DNA of 64,000 nt from an uncultured bacterium (GTDB lineage: Bacteria; Chloroflexota; UBA5177; JANWHV01). Below are positions 58,265-64,000 of this stretch, in pieces (the stretch's first letter is position 1; each line of letters begins with the position of its first letter). The position numbers and the translations under genes were made by a program. Where the stretch lies: the NCBI GenBank assembly GCA_963827235.1, contig CAWHAE010000018.1, positions 320,001 through 384,000 on the forward strand. Reading direction: 5' to 3'. The notes below the pieces were generated by a model. That model did not search any database, was not told the origin of the DNA, and saw only the letters and a list, made by a program, of their open reading frames with translations.

Positions 58265-59395
58265 CTACTGCGGGAATCGCGCGGCACCCAGGAAGGCAAC
58301 GTCGTTCCGGGTCTCGCCTTCCAGCGCCAGGTCGGCCAGCGTCTCGCCAATCACGGAGGCGAACTTGAAGCCGTGGCCGGAGAATCCACAGGCCACGACG
58401 ACCTGGCGGCGCGCCGGATGCCGGTCGACGACGAAGTGCTCGTCCGGCGTCAGCGTGTACATGCAGGTGATCGCGCGGTCCAGCGGGCCCGTGGCCCCAG
58501 CCATGTACGTATCCGCGACCGCCTGCAGATCCTCGATCTCCTGCCGGCTCACCTCCCGCTCGATGCTGTGCGGCGTGCAGTTCACGCCCCCGTCGTGGCG
58601 CCCGAACTTCAGCGAGTCGCTCTTGCCCCCGGGCACGGCGTAGTACCGGCCTTCGGGCACGTCCCAAAGGCAGACCGGAAACTGCCGGCGGTCGAACAGC
58701 TCGGGCCTGGTCGACAGGAAATGCAGGCACAGCACACGCCTGACGGTCAGCGGAAGGCGTAAATCGGCAAGCAGCTCCGGGGACCAGGGACCGGCGGCCA
58801 CAACCAATCTGCTCGCCTGGTACCGCGCTCCCACCGTGCTGACGGTGACGCCGTCACCCTCGCAGCGGTAGGCCACGACAGGCTCGCGGTGGTGAATCTG
58901 CGCGCCGTGCCGCGCGGCAAGGTCGAGGTAGGCAGTGATGCAGTGCTCCGGCTGCAGAATGCCGGCGTTGGCTTCCCACACGCCCACCATGCCGTCCGGC
59001 ATCCGCAGGCCCGGAAAGCGCGCGCCGAGCGATTCGGCGGACAACACTTCGTAGGGCAGACCGTGTGTCTCGGCGCTGCGAATCGCCCCGGTGACGAACG
59101 TGCTGTCCGGACTACCCACGTTCAGCCCGCCGGTGATCGTGAGCAGTGGCCGGCCGCTCTGGCGCTCCAGCTCCCGCCACAGCGCGTAGGCCCGGCGCAC
59201 CAGGGGAACGTAGCGCGGATCCTGGTAGTACGCCTCGCGGATGATCCGGCTCGTGCCATGCGACGAGCCCAGCGCGTGACCCTGGTGGTGGGCGTCGAGT
59301 CCAAGCACGCGATAGCCTCGCCGGGCGATATGCGCGACCGCGGCGCTGCCCATAGCGCCGAGTCCGGCCACGATGACGTCGTATCTGCCAGTCAT
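58265..59395 (-). CDS. solA: N-methyl-L-tryptophan oxidase / monomeric sarcosine oxidase
   Basis: GLGAMG, GSSHGTSRIIR, CMYTLTPDEHF, GFSGHGFKF. Confidence 0.88.
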   Translation of the reverse strand: MTGRYDVIVAGLGAMGSAAVAHIARRGYRVLGLDAHHQGHALGSSHGTSRIIREAYYQDPRYVPLVRRAYALWRELERQSGRPLLTITGGLNVGSPDSTFVTGAIRSAETHGLPYEVLSAESLGARFPGLRMPDGMVGVWEANAGILQPEHCITAYLDLAARHGAQIHHREPVVAYRCEGDGVTVSTVGARYQASRLVVAAGPWSPELLADLRLPLTVRRVLCLHFLSTRPELFDRRQFPVCLWDVPEGRYYAVPGGKSDSLKFGRHDGGVNCTPHSIEREVSRQEIEDLQAVADTYMAGATGPLDRAITCMYTLTPDEHFVVDRHPARRQVVVACGFSGHGFKFASVIGETLADLALEGETRNDVAFLGAARFPQ

Positions 59396-59486
59396 GGTTA
59401 CCGCCTGCTGAGTTGACAACGCCCTGGCGAAATGGTCCGCCAGCTAGTATGGTAAGGCCCTTGGGACAAAAGTGTCGGGAGCACAT

Positions 59487-60773
59487 ATGTCGCACCAACG
59501 ATCCATCCGTGGTCGCCTGGCCCTGGCCTCGCTCGGGGCAGTCATCATAGCGTCCTGCCTCGTGCACGACGTGCGAGCAGACCAGATCACCTACGTCACT
59601 CACCAGAACGACACGCTTACAGCCGTGGCTCAGCGCTATGGCACGACCGTTCAGACGCTGGCGAGCGCCAATCACATCGCCAACCCCAACTTTATCCGGC
59701 CCGGCATGCGGCTGCTGATCGCCGTGCCCGGTCCATCGCTGGCGCCATCGCCGCTGAACGGCGTGACCTACGTCGTGCACTGGGGCGACACGCTCTCCTC
59801 GATCGGCCAGCGCTACGGCGTGACGATAGGCACGCTCTCGCAGGTCAACGCCCTCGGCGCCCCGTTCGTCATCCGCACCGGCCAGTCGATCGTCATTCCC
59901 AACCCGAGTGTGCTCCCGGCCGCGGCAACCGCCACCGCGTCGCCTGCGCCGACCAGCACCTTGCCGGCCCAGGCCGCCGCCACCCCGACCGTGGCCGCGC
60001 CCGATTCCGCCTCGCCGGGAGGCGTGGTCTATACGGTGGTGCCCGGCGACACGCTCTCGGCACTGGCAGACCGCTTCGGCGTGTCGATCGCGGCCATCAC
60101 GGCAACCAACAAGATCGACCCCGCCTCCTATCTCAGCATCGGACAAGTACTGACCATTCCTGCCGTGAAGCTCCTGCCTGTCGCCACGACGACCCCGCTG
60201 GCGACGTCGTCGCAGCCGACCTCCGTCTACGCCGTGCGCGCGGGCGACACGCTCTCCGCGATCGGCTATCAGTTCGGCACGTCGGCAGACGCGCTTGCCG
60301 CCAGGAACGGCATCACCACCGCGACAGTGCTGCAGATCGGCCAGACATTGGTCGTGCCCGGCGGACAGGAGCCGTTCGTGACCAAGCCGGAGGTGGAAAG
60401 CATTCTGGCGAGCGAAGCCTTGCGTGCGGACGTCGACCCAGCGCTGGTCAAGGCTATCGCCTGGCAGGAGAGCGGCTGGCAGATGGTCACGGCCTCGGAC
60501 GGCGGCATGGGCGTCATGCAGCTGATGCCGGATTCCGTTACCTGGGCCAGCAACGCCCTCCTGGGCTACAGCGTCGATCCCTACAACCTGGTCGACAACA
60601 TTCGCGCGGGCGTGGCCATCCTGCACTACTACCTGGGGGTATATCCCGACGTGCAGCACGCCATCGCAGCCTACCACCAGGGCATGGCGAGCGTCGACAA
60701 CATCGGCTTTTTGCCCGAAACGCAGAGCTACGTCGCCAACGTCCTGGCCCTGCAGCAGCAGTTCGGCGGCTGA
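59487..60773 (+). CDS. Secreted 4xLysM + SLT lytic transglycosylase
   Basis: Four Y.V..GDTL LysM-type repeats; AIAWQESG, GVMQLMP, AAYHQG, ETQSYV. Confidence 0.92.
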   Translation: MSHQRSIRGRLALASLGAVIIASCLVHDVRADQITYVTHQNDTLTAVAQRYGTTVQTLASANHIANPNFIRPGMRLLIAVPGPSLAPSPLNGVTYVVHWGDTLSSIGQRYGVTIGTLSQVNALGAPFVIRTGQSIVIPNPSVLPAAATATASPAPTSTLPAQAAATPTVAAPDSASPGGVVYTVVPGDTLSALADRFGVSIAAITATNKIDPASYLSIGQVLTIPAVKLLPVATTTPLATSSQPTSVYAVRAGDTLSAIGYQFGTSADALAARNGITTATVLQIGQTLVVPGGQEPFVTKPEVESILASEALRADVDPALVKAIAWQESGWQMVTASDGGMGVMQLMPDSVTWASNALLGYSVDPYNLVDNIRAGVAILHYYLGVYPDVQHAIAAYHQGMASVDNIGFLPETQSYVANVLALQQQFGG

Positions 60774-60793
60774 GACCGGCTTGCTAGACTCGC

Positions 60794-60817
60794 GCCACGC
60801 GGGAAATCCCGCGTGGC
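60794..60817. terminator. Hairpin between convergent genes
   Basis: gccacgcggg-aaat-cccgcgtggc, 10-bp stem. Confidence 0.6.
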
Positions 60818-60841
60818 TAGCGGCGAGAGCGCGGCGAGAGG

Positions 60842-61222
60842 CTACTCCCGCACCGCTATCGCCTCGATCTCCACCACGTAGGGCAGCAGCAAAGCCGCTT
60901 CTACCGTGCTGCGCGCGGGCGGATCGGATGGAAAGAACTCGCGGTATACCTCGTTGAAGGCCGCGAAGTCGCCGATGTCCCTCAGGAAGCACGTCGTCTT
61001 CACCACGTGCTGTAGGTCCGTGCCGGCTGCTTCCAGCACATTGCGCAGATTGACCAGCACCTGCCTGGTCTGCTCGCGAATTCCCCCTTCCACCGCCTTG
61101 CCCACGGCAGGATCCACGCCCACCTGGCCGGCGGTGAAGACGAGATGGTCCCAGCGCACCGCCGGCGAATAGGGACCGGCCGGCTTGGGCGCCTTCCCGC
61201 CGACGATGACTTCAATGGCCAT
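60842..61222 (-). CDS. ridA: RidA (YjgF/YER057c) enamine/imine deaminase
   Basis: GPYSPA, AGQV, FAAFNEVY, PPARS, VEIEAIA. Confidence 0.9.
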   Translation of the reverse strand: MAIEVIVGGKAPKPAGPYSPAVRWDHLVFTAGQVGVDPAVGKAVEGGIREQTRQVLVNLRNVLEAAGTDLQHVVKTTCFLRDIGDFAAFNEVYREFFPSDPPARSTVEAALLLPYVVEIEAIAVRE

Positions 61223-61339
61223 GATCTCACTCCTCTACCGCGTCACGCCTCCCAAATCGGAGGCTCCGCGAGATATCCTACCATGCAGCCTCGCTGCAGC
61301 CCTACTCGCCGCGACCGGCGCAGGAAGTGAAGACAAAGA

Positions 61340-62718
61340 ATGAACGGCACACCGCGCTCCGCCCGAAACCGATTGGGCCTTGGGCTGCTGACGGCGATCC
61401 TTCTCTGGACGATCGTCGTCCCCACCGGCTGCCCGCCCCGGGCCGCCGCCGCGACGCCGGGTGCCGGCGCCACCACGACCGCGGCAGGTTTCATCACCCT
61501 CCTTGCCGCGTCCCGCTTCGCCGCTGCCGGGCAGCTCGTAGCGCCGTCCGTTCGGAGCACCATGACGGCAGCCGTGCTGCAACATGTCTGGCAGGCCCTG
61601 CTCAAGCGGTTCGGCCCCTTCCAGCGCCAGGAAGGCACGAGCGAACAGGAGGCAGGAGGGTACGGCAACGTCACCGTGACCTGTGCCTTCGGCTATGGCG
61701 ACGCCGGCCTGATCGTCACGATCGACCGCACCGGCAAGGTCGCGGGCCTGCATATCGCGCAGGCCACGGTGCCGTACGTGGCGCCGAGCTAGTGCATGCC
61801 GCTTCGTTCCATGAGCAGGCGGTGACCGTGGGCAGCGCGCCGTGGGCTCTGCCCGGCACCCTGACCATGCCTGACGGGAAGGGACCGTTTCCTGCCGTCG
61901 TGCTGGTAGCAGGCTCCGGGGCGCAGGATCGCGACGAGACCGTGGGCGCCAACCAGCCGTTCCGCGACCTGGCCTGGGGTCTCGCCTCGCGCGGCGTCGC
62001 CGTGCTGCGCTACGATAAACGCACCCTGGTCTACGCCGGCCGGATCGCCAAGCTTACCGGCTTCACGCTGCAGGACGAGATCGTCGACGACGCCAAGGCG
62101 GCTGCTGGGCTCCTCACCCGGATGCCGGGCGTCGACGCCAGGCACATCTACGTCCTCGGTCACAGCCTGGGCGGCACGGCAGTACCGCTGGTCGCCCGCC
62201 AGGATGCGCGTATAGCGGGACTGGTCATCATGGCAGGTCCCACTCGCCCGCTCGTGGACGTGCTCTTCGACCAGTACCTGTACTTCCAGTCACGCGGCCT
62301 GATCACCGCCGCCCAGGTAGCCGCCGTGAAGAAGCAGGTCGAGGCGATCGACGCCTTGACGCCTGCCGACGCCGGGCGCGGTAGCAACCTGATGGGAGCG
62401 CCCGCCTCGTACTGGCTCTATCTGCGCGACTACCATCCGGCCGCCGTCGCCCGCGGCCTGAGCGTGCCCATGCTGATCATGCAGGGCGCACGCGACTACC
62501 AGGTCACGCTGGCCGACTTCAGCGGCTGGAAACAGGCCCTGGCCGGCCGACAGACGGTGACCTTCAAGCTCTACGCCAACCTCTTCCACCTGTTCATCCC
62601 CGTGCCCCCGGGGAGCCCGGCCGGCCTGGCCATGCCGGCCGCCTACGGCGTGGCCGGACACGTCGACCCCCAGGTGATCGCGGACATTGCCGCCTGGGTC
62701 ACCGCGGCGCGCTGGTAA
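61340..62718 (+). pseudogene. Secreted DUF3887-like + alpha/beta hydrolase, frameshifted at ~61791
   Basis: Signal peptide and N-domain end in AGC TAG; adding one base (AGC TA[C] GTG CAT) gives PSYVHAASFHE in frame with GSGAQDRD, RYDKR, GHSLG, DYQV, HLF. Confidence 0.85.
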
Positions 62719-62731
62719 CCCACCGGCGGTG

Positions 62732-64000
62732 TCAAGCCGTCTGATTGCCGTCTTCCAGACGAAAGACGCCGGTATCGTCCTGATAGGTGAAGATCTCCGC
62801 GTAGCGACCCCAATCGACGGCGGTGTCCAGCTGTGCGCGCGCTTCCTTCTGGCTGAAGTAGGTCTCGAGCTGCGCCAGGAACACTTGCTCGTCGACCATG
62901 CGACTTGGCGAGGCGTCCAGGGCCTGCACGATCTGGCGCAGAATGGCGATTCTCGCCATGGCCTGGGTGCGGAATAGCTCCTTTTCATCCAGCACGCTGG
63001 CTTCGGCGAAGCGCTTGCCCTGCTCCGTCAGCAGCAGATCGCCTTGCTCCGTGTCCGCGAAGCCGAGCAGGTCGGCAGCGTCCACGAGCGGCAACAGATC
63101 GTCCAGCTCCAGGTGCAGCCGGCGACCGAGATCGTAGAGGTCGTCGCGACCGCCGTGGGCGTAGACCAATTCGATCAAGCCGGTCAGGTCGCCGATTCCG
63201 GTGTGCGGCAGCACCTGGTAGTGGCGCGGCGGCATCACCAGCCGTCCGGACGTGATCCCCGGCGCTGGCGTCGGCAGCAGTGCGGCGATATCCTCCTCCG
63301 GGCTGGTCATGATCTTGTAGATCAGATCGACCCGCTCGGTATGCTCCGGGCAAACGGCCGTACGCTTGTCGAGCGGAAGGCCTGCCAGCTCGACCCGAAT
63401 GTGGCCCGGATTGGCGCCAAGCACCAGGATCCGATCGGCCATGCTCACGGCGTCGTCGATGTTGTGCGTGACCATCAGCATTGCCTTGGTGGGCACATTG
63501 CGCGCGTGCCAGAGCGCCATCAGCTCCTTGCGCAGGTTGGCCGCCGTGAGCACGTCGAGCGCGCTGAACGGCTCGTCCATGAACAGCAGCTCCGGCTCGA
63601 CCACCAGGGCCCGCGCGAAACCCACCCGCTGGCGCATGCCGCCGGACAGCTCCTTGGGAAAGGCGTCCTCAAACCCATCCAGACCGATCAGGTCGATCGC
63701 CGCCAGGGCGCGCTTGAGCATCTGCGTACGAGGCAGGTCATGCGCCTGCAGGCCAAGCTCCACGTTCTGCAGCACCGTGAGCCAGGGGAAGAGCGCGAAG
63801 GACTGGAAGACCAGCGCCACGTTCGGGTTCGGCCCGCGTTGCCGCGATCCTTTGAAGTAGACCTCGCCCGTCGACGGTTGCAACAAGCCGGCCAGTATGC
63901 GCATCAAGGTAGACTTGCCGGAGCCCGAAGGGCCGAGCAGAGCGACGAACTCGCCGGCGCTAACCCGCGCGTCGATCGTGTCCAGCACGAGGGGCGGCGG
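62732..64000 (-). CDS. NitT/TauT family ABC ATP-binding protein with C-terminal AAA-associated domain (start beyond window end)
   Basis: GPSGSGKST, LSGGMRQRV, DEPFSALD; C-terminal WGRYAEIF. Confidence 0.92.
   Translation of the reverse strand, partial: PPPLVLDTIDARVSAGEFVALLGPSGSGKSTLMRILAGLLQPSTGEVYFKGSRQRGPNPNVALVFQSFALFPWLTVLQNVELGLQAHDLPRTQMLKRALAAIDLIGLDGFEDAFPKELSGGMRQRVGFARALVVEPELLFMDEPFSALDVLTAANLRKELMALWHARNVPTKAMLMVTHNIDDAVSMADRILVLGANPGHIRVELAGLPLDKRTAVCPEHTERVDLIYKIMTSPEEDIAALLPTPAPGITSGRLVMPPRHYQVLPHTGIGDLTGLIELVYAHGGRDDLYDLGRRLHLELDDLLPLVDAADLLGFADTEQGDLLLTEQGKRFAEASVLDEKELFRTQAMARIAILRQIVQALDASPSRMVDEQVFLAQLETYFSQKEARAQLDTAVDWGRYAEIFTYQDDTGVFRLEDGNQTA

Noticed and set aside
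61788-61795. Amber read-through / pyrrolysine at the TAG in the hydrolase
   Set aside because: The downstream domain is in a different frame, so this is an indel rather than read-through
1-64000. CRISPR array, tRNA, rRNA, prophage or anti-phage defence genes
   Set aside because: No regularly spaced repeats, cloverleaf motifs or diagnostic protein motifs seen by eye

Overview
GC-rich bacterial chromosomal region. The gene content is suggestive of a Chloroflexota-like soil organism (inference only). About 50 CDS and no recognisable rRNA, tRNA, CRISPR array, prophage or defence island. In order: partial class A PBP; DUF5679-like zinc ribbon; secreted metallopeptidase-like protein with a broken HExxH motif; glutaredoxin; 4xGAF-GGDEF-HD-GYP protein; peptide ABC genes with no ATPase; SDR; BCP peroxiredoxin; CGNR zinc-finger regulator; two convergent MoxR-DUF58 operons, one ending in BatA/vWA genes and the other leading into a 1068-aa GNAT, DUF402 and NUDIX; three TetR-associated efflux loci; fructose-type sugar ABC with a ROK regulator; rsmI; a GH15 / MalEFG-like / AraC / GH42 carbohydrate locus; an IS630 remnant; solA-like oxidase; LysM-SLT; RidA; partial ABC ATPase. 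The strongest sequence-level observation is a pair of promoters with the same architecture (16-bp motif, 20 bp, TTTACY, 18 bp, TATACT) on either side of the AraC gene, which defines a probable activator regulon. Also seen: a loop-less 36-bp perfect palindrome between malE and malF, and tandem TetR operators. Four genes appear split by single-base frameshifts, most likely assembly errors. I cannot establish a wholly new biological system from the sequence alone; the best candidates are the double MoxR locus with the giant GNAT and the AraC regulon.
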